In this document: in pieces, positions 13,399 to 28,318 of the stretch
Layout: the number at the start of each line of letters is the position of its first letter
Position numbering within the stretch: position 1 is the stretch's first letter
Assembly: GCA_048128005.1 (NCBI GenBank)
Contig: JBEUKZ010000045.1
Coordinates: 62,001-126,000, forward strand
Reading direction: 5' to 3'
DNA length: 64,000 nucleotides
Source: Veleropilina oligotropha
Lineage: Eukaryota
Made by a program: the position numbers and the translations under genes
Notes under the pieces: model-generated
Databases searched by the model: none
Seen by the model: the letters and a program-made list of their open reading frames with translations, nothing else
Told to the model about the DNA's origin: nothing

Positions 13399-14674
13399 AT
13401 GTATGTAATGTATGTAATATATATAATATATTCATTGTATTTACTGTAAATTTCCTTCTTCTAAAATGTATTTTTTGAAAATTAAATTGCCTTCTTCTAA
13501 AATGTATTTTTTGTAAATTAAATTGCCTTCTTCTAAAATGCATTTATTGTAAATTGCCATCTTGTGAAATGTGTTTTTGTAAATATTTATTTGTATAAAT
13601 ATATCTATCTTTATGATGTTCATTGCAATTTGGCCTTGTAAGATCAAAAGCTGGTGGCAAAGTGGGAAGACCCCCCCCCCCCCCCCCCTCCCACGTCATT
13701 GTATCACACTCCATATCAACAGGTCGCATCGTCCACAACGCGTTAACTGGCGCGATACGAAATATTTACCAAATAGGGGATATTACATGAGTGGTAATGT
13801 ATATCACATTTATGAAACGATTTTAACTAATTTTCATATTAGTTAAACGAGTTTCATAAATGTGATATTACTCTACCACGAATGTGATATTCTATTTATC
13901 ACATGTCTGTTTTGGAAAAAACTAATTTAAAAAAATTCACATCTTCGCCGTTGACATTACGGCGCAATTGTAAGATGGACTGACGCCATACTCACGCATT
14001 ACAAACACATAAATTTGCTACGAAATACAATGTTTACGTGTTCGTAGAAGTGCAATTAAAAATTAACAAGCAAATATGTGAAGATAAAATGCTAAAACTG
14101 TATATATGTTATCTTAATGATATATAATAATGAATACTATCTAATTCTAACATTATATGTGCTACACGATATCGTCGATTACGATTGGATTGAGTTTGCT
14201 CAGAATCATTTCTATATAAGGTAATTTTTCGGATGATGTTTCATTACGGCATTTTCATTGGCGGTTTTACCGTTATCATTGTTATCAGCCAATCACATTT
14301 GAAGCGTGTTATTTGACGCGTGTATTACGACGAATAGTACACGGTGTTGCACTATGGGAAAATGAACAATACATGTGATAAAATACATTATTTTCATTTT
14401 GCGAAATCCGCGACGTCTGATTGGTCAAAATGGCGTCACGTGAAGTTTGATAATATAAGTTGTCGGTATTACCGAGGGGAATATGGGTCTATGTACCTAT
14501 ATGTGAGACTTTATTAACCAAGACGAAGTTGAGGTTAATAAATTATCACAAACGGAACATAGACCCATATTTCACGAGGGCTATGCCGACAACGAATTTA
14601 TCAATCTCCAGCAGATTTACTTCCCTTCCCAAGTCGTGTCCGTCCATACAATCTCTGCGATCGCTGGTTCAGCC

Positions 14675-17385
14675 ATGAGGTGAACCAGCGTATATTCGCC
14701 AAAATAGTCACCAGATCGAAAATACCCATCATTATCGGCAGCTTGTATCGCCCACCTAACAATAACATTGAATACTCGACAAACCTCTATAACGAGCTTG
14801 ACTTCCTGCATGACCAATATCCCAGCGCCATCTTTCTATTTGGGGGGACTTCAATCTCCCTGATATCGACTGGCAAAATCACACACATCAGATCACCTCA
14901 AACAGCTACCCCAAGATTATAAGTGACCGGTTTCTGGACGTGATCAACAGCAGAGGATTAACCAACTGTCGACTTCCCCACGAGACTAACAAACACTTTG
15001 GACTTGTTCCTTACTAACCGACCAACCCTGATCAGCAAATGCACATCTCTCCCCGGCATCAGCGACCATGACATGGTCTTCATCAAAACTAACCTACAAC
15101 CACCAAGACGTAAACCAGCCAGAAGACAGATCTTACTCTGGAAGAAGGCAGACAATGAGAAACTCCGATCTGAACTTGAGCTCTTCAGCAAAATCTACAC
15201 CCAGATAAGCCTGGACATACCAATCGATGAACTCTGGGAAACCTTTCGTGACAAGGTCATCGAGCTGATAGCAAGGCATGTCCCCAGCAAACTATCATCT
15301 GCGCGTTTCAATCAACCGTGGATAAACAGAGCAATTAAAAGACTTTCCAACAAGCGCCACCGACTCCATAAAGTAGCAAAGAAATACAACAGGCCAGAAG
15401 ACTGGGACAAGTTCCGAGAAACTCAAAAGACTATCCAACAGGAATGCAGGAAAGCCTTCAACAATTACGTGACGGATATCGTGTGCCCCGAACTTAACTC
15501 CAATCCAAAACGCTTCTGGAGCTACATATAGGGGAGGAAGTGTGACAACTCGGGGGTCGCTCCGTTACGTGGCCAAGACGGTCTTACCCGAAGCACGCCA
15601 GCGGAAAAAGCTGAGATCTTGAACAGCCAGTTCACATCCGTGTTCAGCCACGACACAAACACCACGCTACCAGACCTCGGCGAGAGCACCACCCCGAGAT
15701 GCGGCGATGTACACGTGACAGAACCCGGAGTCGAAAAACTACTTTCGAGACTGAAGCCCTACAAAGCTGCCGGACCGGACAAGATACCAGCCAGACTCCT
15801 AAAAGAGCGGTCAGCCGAACTTGCCCCGATCCTCACCCACCTCTACCAGGCATCTCTGCACCAAGGAGCAACACCTACAGACTGGCGAAATGCGAATGTA
15901 GTCCCTCTTTTCAAGAAAGGCGACCGATCAGCTGCGGCCAACTATAGACCTATCTCTTTAACATGTATATGCAGCAAGTTCCTGGAACACATCGTTCAAT
16001 GTCACATCATAAACCACTTGCAACACCACAACATTCTGACGCCTTACCAACACGGGTTCCGCAAGAAGCATTCCTGCGAAACACAGCTAATTCTGGCTAT
16101 CCAAGATCTGGCGAAGGGAATAGACGACAGCGAGCAGATTGACCTTATTCTGTTAGACTTCGCCAAAGCTTTTGATAAATTCAACCATCATCGTCTCGTC
16201 CTCAAGTTACAACACTACGGCATCAGAGGCAACAGTCTCGAGTGGATAAGGTCGTTCCTCCATAACAGGAAACAACAGGTGATCCTGGACGGCAGCACAT
16301 CTCAGCAATCGGATGTCACATCTGGAGTCCCACAAGGTACAGTGCTCGGTCCTCTACTCTTCCTTGTTTACATCAACGACCTTCCCTCTCATGCCTCGTC
16401 AACGGCCAGACTGTTTGCTGACGACTGCATACTTTACCGACGCATTAAATCCAAAGCAGATGCCGCCATACTCCAAGCGGACCTCGACAAGTTCCAAACC
16501 TGGGAATCCGACTGGCTGATGGAGTTTCACCCGTCCAAGTGCCAGATCCTGCGCATCACCAACAAGCGGAAACCGATCATCTCCCAATACAAGATTCACG
16601 GCCACATCCTCGAAGATGTAAAAACGGCAAAGTATCTCGGAGTCCACCTAGACTGCCAGCTGAACTGGAATCACCACATCCATTCCACGGCGGTCAAGGC
16701 AAACGGCACAAGAGCCTTTCTACAGAGAAACCTGCGGAAAGCCCCGAAACACCTCAAGGCTGCTTGCTACACCACCCTTGTGAGACCAGTGTTGGAATAC
16801 GCATCTACGGTGTGGGCTCCGAATTCCATCAAGATCGCAAATGAACTGGAGATGGTTCAACGAAGGGCGGCTCGCCACGCCATGGCAGACTACAAACGCA
16901 CCAGCAGTGTCACCCCGATGCTCGCCGACCTTGGATGGAGCACTCTCGCCGAACGAAGAGCCAAGGCGAAGGTCACCATGATGTACCGGATGGTCAACAA
17001 CCTGGTCGCCGTCCACCCATGCGCCTACCTGCAAGAAACCCTGACCACAACTCGAGGTCACTCACAGGTCTTCAGACAACTTTACTGCAGAACGAATGCT
17101 TACCAATCCTCCTACTTCCCATCAACAGCAGTCATGTGGAACAGTCTCCCTGCAGCACTGGTTGGCACTCCGTCCATAGAAGCTTTCCGAGCTAGGGTCG
17201 GGACCCACACACTCCTGTAGAAACCCAGCCAACCGATGTGCATAGTCACCGAGCACTGTATATATATATTTTCTGCACTGTTCTGCATATATTGATGACC
17301 ACCACCAGCACGTGCACACTCGCGACGTTGCTCTTTTTAGAAATTTGCGTTTCATGGGAAGAAGAAGAAGAAGAAGAAGAAGAAG
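14675..17385 (+). mobile_element. 5'-truncated CR1-group LINE (partial APE + RT)
   Basis: APE motifs IGSLYRPP, GDFN, TLDLFLTN, GISDH; RT ORF 15619-17220 (YRPISL, HGFR, LDFAKAFD, GVPQGTVLGP, LFADD, YLGV); in-frame TAG at 15529; (GAA)n tail at 17358-17385. Confidence 0.93.
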
Positions 17386-18517
17386 GTGATTCGCCTCATC
17401 TCGTTCATGACGTGACATTATTTATTTTTTTAATTTGGCTTTATTTTTTTATTTTTGTGAATGATAACCACATCTTTACATAGTGATTATCTTAAAATGC
17501 ACTCCAAACACCCAGTTTATTTGTAAATGAAACTATGTCCCAGAGCAAATAATCCGACATGTGTAATGTCATTCGTAAACAAGATGGATGCGGGCACGCT
17601 TGAAGAAAGACCGTTTCAATTTTTTGTGGCGATCTACCGATTATTAAAATGGAATATTTAATTTAACCGTAAGTAAATATCGACTAAATAAATGTGTGTG
17701 GTAGGGAGTCACTCGTTAGAAAGGCCAGCATTTTGTTGACGCTAACCGACACCGATGGCGACATAAACAATAGCACATGTCGACGTATGAACACATATAC
17801 AGAAACACAACTGGGTCAATTGACGTCATGGAAATCACACAGATTTTCAATTGAAATTAAAGTAGTGCCACCACCAGTGGCAGAGATCGATGTAGCATGG
17901 CGCAGTCGGCGCATGCGTGGAGATTGCGAATTTATCTTACTGTAATATAATAAAATCATGCCTTTTGAAGAAGTTTCTTTTTCAACTTCGTTACTCCGTG
18001 AAAGAACCCTTTTATATATTATATTGGCGATGATCAAAAACCGCGTTCCTAAAATGATGTTTTCAGCTCTGCCGAAGATCATGTGTAAAACTTCATGTTC
18101 GATATATAAAAAATATTCCTTCCGTTAATGCTGTGATATTTTAGCAGGATTGGCATGATTATTGAAAAATACATAAAGTATGCTTGCGGTAAATATAATG
18201 CTTGCCAATATATATTTTGAAGATATTCCGGCGCGCCCATTAGAATGTAACAATGATGTCTAGCAACCGTCACTCTTCAGGCAGAGAAAGTAAGAATACA
18301 ACGTATCGTACAATATACATGTACGGTAGATAAATGACGTCTCTGCGTAGGAGAATGCTACGAAGTAGAAGAAAGCACGCAAATTAACTAAATAATGATA
18401 ATTAAATCTTTTATTTTACATGAAAATGTAAAAAATTGTAAAACGTTTTGACTATAAAATGAAGTTTATGCAAATTTTTCGAAACGACGTACGATTTCAT
18501 GACGTAAAATCATTATG

Positions 18518-18861
18518 CAGCCGTGGTACAGTGGTAGATGCACTGGCCTCTCACTCGAGAGGTTTGGGGTTCAACCCCGATCCCGGCGACTTCCCTTGGG
18601 CAAGGAATTAAAGCATATATTGCCTCGGTTCACCCAGCCGATTTGAGATCTAAATGGGTACCTGGTTGGCAGTGGCAGAATATGTCAGAATGACTGGTCA
18701 AGCGCCTAACAGGCATGTACTTGACCGTAATACTCTCAGAGAGAGTTGAGAAGGAATATGAATGAACAGGCCAATAACCAGGGGAATAATAATGTAAGCG
18801 CTTTGAGCACGCGTTTCATATGTGTGGGAAAGCGCAGATAAATCTTCACATTATTATTATT
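18518..18861 (+). repeat. Full-length tRNA-derived SINE with conserved core and L2-like tail
   Basis: A/B boxes, CCTTGGGCAAG...CACCCAGC...AAATGGGTACC core, AAGCGCTTTGAG...AAGCGC stem, (TTA)n tail; relatives at 19043-19200 (+), ~23420-23680 (-) and a tail at ~52290-52360. Confidence 0.8.
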
Positions 18862-19205
18862 CATGTTTTGTCAGACGACATGTTCACAATTATCTCCTTT
18901 GTCTTTGAGGGCGCTCCAAATCATAATAGTACAAATAACTACCTACGGTATAAATAATTCATATACCCCGCCATGGTGGGGAATACAGCGATTGTGGAAC
19001 TTTATTATCATTATTTTTTATAGAGATTCGTTTTAACATTTGTGCCGTCATGGCTCAGTGGGTTGTTCACAGGACTCTGATGGAAGAGTTCCGCGCTGCC
19101 CCCCCCCCCCCCCTCTCGGCGACTTCCCATGGGCAAGGAAGTAAGCATATATTTGCCTCGGTCCACCCAGCCGATCTAAATGGGTACCTGGTTGGTGTGT
19201 TATTT

Positions 19206-20070
19206 CCCAGCTAGCACGCCACGTTACTACCACGTTGTATGAATGTGGTATTTTGGTGTCAATGGCCACAACGTGATAGCCCCGTTGCTGCAACGTTACG
19301 GATGGCTTCATCTTAGAACACTTATTCTGTTATGTTGTTTGTATTTCCACATGTAACCCTATTAGAATATTAATTTGAACTATTTTCCACCTAAGCACTG
19401 CTAAGTATATAACATATGTTTTAGTAGTTCTGCAAAGTAATTACCACGTTTTGTTCACGTAAAATAGTCATATTTATTTACATATTATGGGAATATGGTG
19501 GATTATTTTCGTATCATCTCAAAGGCAGCAAGCCCACAATTGTTCCATAAAATTATGTTTGAATATATTACGTGCATGTTTTACATTAATTCCGGATGTT
19601 CCCACATTATCTAGCAATATATCATACGAAAACATTTGTCGATTTGAATGGATAGCTTTCCTTGGCGGCCTTTCGAACAAATGGATTGAAACACGTGGAT
19701 TTAAAAAGATGTCTATAGATCGGATCCTCTGTTTGAAACTTCACACGGAACAGAAAGGTGCTTGTTAACAGATTAATGGTTATATATAATGATTAATAAT
19801 TGATATAGAATATATCCCGTTCGGGATATACAATTTTGAAAATCGTTTTTTGCAGTCAAATAACAAAAATCTAGCAAATGTAATTATATGCGAAGCTATA
19901 TAAGTCAATAATGTTATCAAATGATGCCGTACTGGTCTTTAATTTAACGGCGAAAAAACAACAAAAATATTTGCCGTGAAATTAAGGACCATCGAGGCTC
20001 AATTTCAAAGCAATATTTACTTATATTGTCTCTCATATACTTACATTTGCCAGATTTTTGTTATTTGACT
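19206..20070 (+). repeat. Partial copy of the CCCAG-terminated non-autonomous DNA element
   Basis: CCCAGCTAGCACGCCACGTTACTAC start; collinear with 25416-26620 with an internal deletion. Confidence 0.8.
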
Positions 20071-20618
20071 GGAAATGAAACGATGTCCCACAGCAAATAG
20101 TTCTGCATGTATATATTTAGAATGTCATTCGGAAACAAAATGGATGTGGTCACGTGTGAAGTAAGATCGTTTCATTATTTTGCGGTGATCCACCGCTTAT
20201 TAAAATTTTATATTAATTAAACCGTAAGTAAATATTAAATATTGACTGACTAAATACCTGTAAGAGAGGGAGTTAATCGTTGGAAAGGTCAGCAGTTGGA
20301 ACATAATGCATTTTATTGATGTCAAACGTCAATCAAACTCTTTAATCTTACTAATATTCTAATTACTAATCAGCAACGGATACGAACTTGGAGTCATTGG
20401 AGTCGAAATGACATATCCAATTCTCGCGAGATTTGGAGCGCCCCCATGCGTTGTTTTAAGACAACCAAGTGTTCACACCGAGTTGCATCGATCGGCTTAA
20501 CTTTTACACCATGTATTTTTGGAGGTTCAAACTTTGCTCCGATTGTCCGTTTGAGCCTGTTCACACCGAGTTGCAACGCAGAGTTGCATAAGTTGTAACT
20601 CGGTGTGAACACAGACTA

Positions 20619-21255
20619 AAGGTCGTTTCACACCAGACGCGTACGATTTTTCGCAACGTTAATCGCTACGAGAAATCGTTATGAGCTTTCACACCAGATG
20701 CGAATTTCGCAACGGCTACCACTACCATTCATGATCCACGTTTTATTTTATATGGTTATCATTCTGTTTCATCTGTATTTTTATTATATCAGTGTTTCAG
20801 TGGCTGTATAGACTGTACTGCATCCCAAATTCCGTATTTTATTCGGATTGCATATCTTCTAAGCATAATAATATTTCAATAACTTTAAATCCTGGAATGG
20901 ATTTATTAGAGGATATCATGCCGCAGTACTTGTACGATGATATCCTCTTTGGTGGTCTTCTGCATGATGCCATTTTGTCAATCCCATGTATGGATGTGTT
21001 GGGAATTACTTGTCATGTGACAAGGAATACCCTGTTTTTACTATATTTGACATGCGAAATCGCAAAGAAAATCGTTGAGATAGGATCAGATCCTATCTCG
21101 ACGATTTTCGTTGCGATTTTGTAAATATCGTTGCGACAATCGGATCGTGTCTGAAAGGCTCCGTGGTAATGTGTTGTTTCTATCATAACGAAAATCGTAA
21201 CGATAATTGTTCCGATTTTCGTTGCGAAAATCGCATCAGGTGTGAAAGGGCCTTT
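20619..21255. mobile_element. Foldback MITE, PIF/Harbinger-like termini
   Basis: AAGGTCGTTTCACACCAGACGCG ... CGCATCAGGTGTGAAAGGGCCTT; internal palindrome at ~21058-21121. Confidence 0.6.
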
Positions 21256-23323
21256 CGTAAGATTAAAGTGTGTGATTAGTGTTTGGTGTAAAACGTTAAC
21301 CAACATCATGACAAATGCTATGAACTCCGCCATGTTAGAACCTGCAATCTGTCACGTTACTGTGAATGTCGCCATCTGTTATCTATTAAATCCGTACCAC
21401 TAACCGGCAAGTTGCATACAATTTGATCCAACCGTTACAACTTTTGGTGAGATCAACTGCATCGGATTACATTTTTACCGATACATAAGTTCAAACTCAG
21501 TGGGAACACGGTCTAGTATGTTAACCCAAATATAATTCGTTATTAATACCAAGCCTTAAATGTCAATCAGTTTGGGTCAAAATGAATAGGCTTCTTGGTC
21601 GTATCTTCAGACTTGGTTGACCGGGTTAATTCACTGAGCATGTTTCAATGGTAGATACAAAAGACTCGTTGAATTATCGTGTGTAAATGAGAACGAATAT
21701 CGCAGAGACATAATGTTCCAGCGGACAATAATGAATTACTATTTTGGCCTCAAATGGGCTGCCGTACACGTGTCATGTTACTTTAGGGAGCGCCAATGCA
21801 GGATGAACGTTCTAGTAACTTATAGTTTCTTCATAACCTCGTAACATGATATGACAGTTTTTATACACCATAGACATAGTAAATGTATGTCATAGCTTTC
21901 TTCTAAAAGTATACACCGTGATACTTTCGGGTTGATCAACTCGATATTTTTAACATCCCACGACGTGTGTTTTCAATAGCGATAATGATAAGAGACACAT
22001 TTGACCATACGTATCATGAATTACAGTCATATAAACCGACAATCGAATAATTATATGAATAGGCCTACATGAAAAACGTAGGGCCTATTGGTATCTGAGT
22101 ACTTTATATATAATCTTACCTCTTTGTGTCTGTTTATACACACCGCTTTAAACACATGGATTTAATGTTATTTAATTTCTTCGGGGTCGTCAAAAATAAG
22201 GTGATTTCGTTAACTTACGTGAATGGACATTTTTTACTTTATAGGCAAGTAAATATGAATTTAAAGTTTGCAAGTTCATTAATTTTGATTGCAGCTATCT
22301 TATTGCTATACACTTTTGTTTATTTTATAGCGCAAACCTATAATTTTCATGCTTTATGATGAAGCTGCATACCCCCAGTGAAGAAATGGATTCGTCCACC
22401 TACTGTCAAAGTTGAAGGCGTATAAGGGTGTTTTATGGGGATAAAAACCGGATGCCAAAATTTAAAGTTGTCTCTTTGCAACCAATGTTTGTTTAGCCTG
22501 TGCATTTTTAAAGTTGCATTGCCCGTAAATAGCGAAAAATACTTTTAATTTTAAAACCTAGATCGCAAATGTATTTTTACCTGTTATAGCCGACCTTAGA
22601 AACTTTGCAATTTTTCCAAAAAAAATATAGAGGAGCTCCTATGAATTAAAAGTGAAAATTAATTAATTTCGTTATTGGAAATTGTGGAAAGTTGAGCTAC
22701 AACATTATTCTGATTTACTATTTTACAATATGTCACATAGTATGCTATCTAGATATATATTATTTCACATTAAATGAAACGGTTGCGTGTTTCGGTGAGT
22801 AGTTTGACGAAACTAATTCGGCGGCACGGCGTTGGACGAAATGACCGGATAACCACCAAAATATTTAGAATCATTATAATACAACATACCTACCTAAATA
22901 TTATACTAGATGGCCGAACATGCAGAAATATATTAATTTGATGACATCGGACTCCAATAAAGTGTTATTCAACCTAGGGATTTTTCTTAAACATTCCTGG
23001 GCCATAAGAAATAATCAGATGTAAGCTCTAAAAAGAGTATAACAACTGACGATATAGTGGGTGTATTCAATATTATCGTATATGTTTTCTGCTGAGCACT
23101 CCAATTTTGTTGTTATTTATATCAACTAATAGTACTGGTTCCTCCACTAACCCATTATTCCATAACCTACATACATATGTATGTATATACATTTGCATCA
23201 TTTGCTACATTTTACGTAATACTATATTTATGTATGTAGGCCTATATTAATATACTTACAATTACATCTCTTGATAATATATAAGCATTTGTATTCATAA
23301 TTATAATCTGTCCGTCATACATG

Positions 23324-23354
<31 letters not shown>

Positions 23355-26300
23355 GGCTACAAATATGTATTTGTTTATAGCTTAATAAAACTGAATTGAA
23401 TTGAACTGAATTTAACGGTCTTTGGCGCATTATTAAGCAAATGTCTCAATGCGCTGAACATTATTATGTTATTGCCTTGGTTAATGGCATGTTCCACTCG
23501 ATATACCCTCTCAACTCCCACTGGGAACATTACAGTCATTTTCACGCGGGTGGCGTCGTGACTTACATAACTGCCAACCAAGTACCCATTCAGATCGGCT
23601 GGGTGGACCGAGGCAAATATATGCTTATTTCCTTGCCCAAGTGAAATCGCCGAGCTTTGGGGCGAACCCGGGACTCTTAAATGTGACCTGCAACAATGTA
23701 TATTCATTCATTTTGAATCATTAAAACTTTTTACAACCTCTTCATATATGTAATAAATCATTATAGAGCAATGTGCGATGGCAATATAACTTTAAGTATT
23801 AATAAATCAAACATCAGTATAGGCCTATATACGTGCCAGCATATCTTGTAATACTAGGCTATAGAGTACAAACATATTTACTGAAGCGATCTTGTATTTT
23901 TAAAACCGTTCATAAAACCTAAATAACATTTGTCAAATTACCACCAAAATGCTGTAATTGTATAGTAACTCTATGTGCAACTCATTGCCTCTTGGTTATT
24001 GAAATTGTCGACCTAATATTACGCTTGTGATAAATTATCGTTGTTCGTCATAATCTCAATTGTACGTACGGTAGGCTATTATTTCTGTTCTGGGACTGTT
24101 CTTTATTTTAAAAACAGTTAACGTCACTTTGGAAATCCTTTTTCCAAATTTGTCGATAACAATAACTAAGAGAAACAAACATTCGAAATCTGGAACAAAC
24201 AGGGTTATGAAAACCTGGGACCAACAAACTGAGAGAGAAAGTTAAAAAAGGATAGCTACACACAAATCTACAGAACGTAACGTATTTTAAACGGTACATT
24301 TTTAAAATACTTATTGTGTATGAACAGGACACATGAAGATTTTGAAAGTACAATAACCTGATGTGTTGTTATATATACCAATCAAAAGAACAAGATTCAC
24401 TGTTCATTGTAATACGTCACAATTTGTTGACTTATGTATATACTGTTTATCCGTCATAATATAAGTGTGACCGTCTGCTATCGAGTGTTGACTATTAAAT
24501 CACTGGCTCGATTGTCCTAACTAACAGGACTTAGTTGGAATCTCGGTTGCTGCATTATCATTCTTTGTTTAGTTATTAATCGCATTTGTCAGTCACTGGC
24601 CGGATTAGCACTATAGAGTCGAAAATCCGCAAACCGAAAATTGCGTCATATAATCTGAATCAGCTTTCTGAGTCCGATCTTCTTTAAAGATGACCGAGCG
24701 TATGGTGGACTCTATCGTGTGTCAAAAATTGAGTAAATCTGATCAATGTTTGTTGAGATAGATTCATAAATCCGCAAACCGGAAATTGCGTCATAAAATC
24801 CGGTTCCGGTTTCCGATTCGGATCATCTTTGAGGAGGATCGATTCTAGGGTTGACCTTATGTCGTGTCACAAAATTTGTAAATTGGATCAGTGGTTAACA
24901 ATTGTTGAGATATGCTCGCGAATAGACAATCCGCAAACCGAAAATTGAGAAATTGCATCATAAAATCATGATCCGCTCTCCGATTCGGATTATATTTGAG
25001 GAGAACCGAGCGTACGATGGACCCTATCTCGTGTGCAAATATTGAGTGAATCGTATCAATGGTTGTTGAGATATCCTCGCGGACAGACCGACAGACAAAC
25101 CGACCCGATTGCAATACCCATGTGGGCGAAGACAACAACCAGGCGGCCGGTGGATGCATGATGAGTTATTCTCCGTTATCAGACAGCATGTCAAACCTGC
25201 AATACCGTGTCGGGTTCATTGTTGATGGTGATACGCTCATAACTGGGGGGTGGCATGAAGTAATTTCCCCAATTAAGCACATATCAGGATCTTCTCAGAA
25301 AGATTAGAATAATAACAGAATTTTTCAAATTAATCTTCCATTTGTTTTGTTTTCTAATGTGACTAGATTAATGACGCATTTTGTTATAATTGTTACACGA
25401 AATATATAACGGCAACCCAGCTAGCACGCCACGTTACTACCACGTGGTATGAATGTGGTAATTTGGTGTCACTTGCCACAACGTGATAGCCACGTTGCTG
25501 CAACGTTACGGATGGCTTCATCTATGAACACTTATTCTGTTATGTTGTTTGTATTTTCCACAATATTAATTTGAACTATTTTCCACCTAAGCACTGCTAA
25601 GTATATAACATATGTTTTAGTAGTTCTGCAACGTAATTACCACCTTGTGTTCACGTAAAAATAGACATATTTATTTAAATATTTTATGGGAATATAGTGG
25701 ATTATTTTCGTATCATTTCAAAGACAGCAAGTCCACAATTTTTCCATCAAATTATGTTTGAATATATTACGTGCATGTTTTACATTAATTCCGGAGTGAA
25801 AATGAATAATTTCATGCATATGTTCCCACATTATCTAGACATATATCATACGAAAACATTTGAATGGATAGCTTTCCTTGGCGGCCTTTTCGAACAAAGG
25901 GATTGAAACACTTTGATTTGAAAAGCTGTCTAAAGATCGGATTCTCTGTTTGAAACTTTACACGGAACAGGAAGGTGCTTATTAACAGATTAATGGTTAT
26001 ATATAATGATTAATAATTGTTGTTATATCGCAATATTATGTTTTACTGACTAATGTGCATAAATCAATTTCCATGCAGATAGTTATCGTTCCTGATGTCT
26101 GTCCTGTGTAGCAACAACATCATGCGAGGAGATTGCATCTAAATATCACGCATAGCTGAAATATTCAATTGTGGGCGATAATGGAGTCATTTTATGAAGT
26201 GATTCACAGCTCATGGCCATACTCATGCAGGCATGTTTATATTCAGATATGGGGAAAACTCAAATCAATTACGAATTTACGGTTGATTTAAACTCGACCA

Positions 26301-27452
26301 GGTTGGGGAGAAGTAACTTTTCGGGATATATATCTTAATCGGGATATAGAATATATCCCGTTCGGGATATACAATTTTGAAAATCGTTTTTTGCAGTCAA
26401 ATAACAAAAATCTGGCAAATGTAATTATATGCGAGGCTATATAATTCAATAATGTTATCAAATGATGCCGTACTGGTCCTTAATTTAACGGCGAAAAAAC
26501 AACAAAAATATTTGCCGTGTTTGCCGTGAAATTAAAGACCATCGAGGCTCAATTTCAAAGCAATATTTACTTATATTGGCTCTCGTATACTTACATTTGC
26601 CAGATTTTTGTTATTTGACTGGAAAAAAACTATTTTCAAAATTGTATATCCCGATCGGGATATATTTTATATCCCTATTGAGATATATATCCCGATCGGG
26701 ATATATATCCCGAAAAGTGACCTGTCAACACCGTTCATTAAGGTTTTTGGAGGTTTCGCCTCAATTAAGTTCGCCCCATGCTAACAATTTCCCGAGAGGT
26801 TTCGCACCAACTATAAAATACGTGCTTTAACAAGCCAAAATAATACATAAATAAAACATATGACATTAAGGAGACTATTGCCCGTAAATGCATTCTTTTC
26901 GTGACTGTGTAGCATGACTGATCACTCTCTATTGTACGGTTCGCTCAGATTGATACATATTTCGCGAAGATATGATCGATATATTATCAAATGATAGACA
27001 TTTATTGAAATTATTGTAACTGGACAATATATATTTTGGCAAGTAGAAATATAGCTTACTTGACAAGCAGAAACCTACGCAACTGTGTTCCAACTATGTC
27101 AATTGGAAATGTCACTCGGTACGAGGTAATTAAACGCGGATGGTCTTGAAATATTTTTAAATCTTCATTACACTGTGACAGCGTCTGCGAGCATATATAT
27201 ATGGATACAGTACGATATAAATCTCAAATTATTATCATTATTATTACCGATTTATTTAAACGGTGGTAAATTACTGTCAAAAGTTGAGCGATGAAAATTC
27301 CTAACTTTTTGTGTTAATTTATAAAGAAAAAGTGTAATGTGGTTATTTTTCTTTTCATTGAAAAAAGAGCGCATTTAAAGGCAATAGTTTCTTAAAACGC
27401 TTACTATTTATACCAAGAAAACATTTCCTGGTTACTAGTTTACAACTAACCG

Positions 27453-27740
27453 AGCAGCAGGGGGGGTGAATGCACTCTAAAAGGGGCAGTTTTTCCGGCA
27501 TAAAAGCAGCCGCAGCAGGGGGGGTGATTGGACTTTTTAGAATGGGAAAAGAAGGCTCCCAGCACCTGTTCAGAATAAATGTGCTCTATTTGGCATGGGG
27601 TATGTAGTAAGAGCCTCCCAGCGCCGTCCGAAACTCGGGTAGCTTAGAATAGTCTATTTGGGCCTCGTGCGCACCCCCACGCCCGTTTGAACGGAGCTGG
27701 TAGTACGAGCCCGTAGGGACTTGGGCCCGTTACCCTCGCC
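27453..27740 (+). repeat. Left terminal inverted repeat of the viral element
   Basis: Reverse complement of 42290-42582; outer ~210 bp almost identical, inner ~80 bp more diverged. Confidence 0.95.
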
Positions 27741-28318
27741 AGCGCGTTCGGCCGTCTGCTGTTGTCTCTCCCACGTCTATTATTAGCCGTAGCTTCCTGG
27801 TCGAGTCGCGTATCTCGCTGGCTGCCTCAACACAAAAACTGTCCACTCATCCCGGCTGACTCAACATTATTAGGCCTATGCCTATATGACGCACTTCCGG
27901 CCGAAACGGTCCTGAGTTTCCGGTCTAGACCGTTTTATCTGCTTCCTGCGTAAACAAACCTACCGGAAGCTCAGGACCAAAACGGTTTTATCTACTTCCG
28001 GCCGCAAGTTTCTTGACAAAACTTTTCTACCTGGACAGAAACGTTTATCTGGGTCAAAGATTTTTTTTCTGGGTCGGCCGCAAGATCTCTTGACAAAATC
28101 TTTTTTTTCTGGGTCAGCAACGACAGTAGACGGCTGAACGGGCAAGAATAGACGCGACCAGGAAGCTAGGGTAAACAATACCATTGATAGACGCGGAGTG
28201 TGGTGATAAGAGCAGCGGGCTATGAATAGACGCGGGGGAAGCCGGAAAATGTGTTTGAGGGCGGGGACTACCCGAGATTGCAGCGTTAGATGTAGATGTA
28301 GTTGCCGCTGGCTAGCGT

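Noticed and set aside
18518..18590. tRNA genes here and at ~8320, ~19045 and ~46320
   Set aside because: A/B boxes run into SINE bodies; no complete cloverleaf.
20792..21333. ORFs of 110 and 106 aa
   Set aside because: Lie in a palindromic MITE; no recognisable protein motifs.
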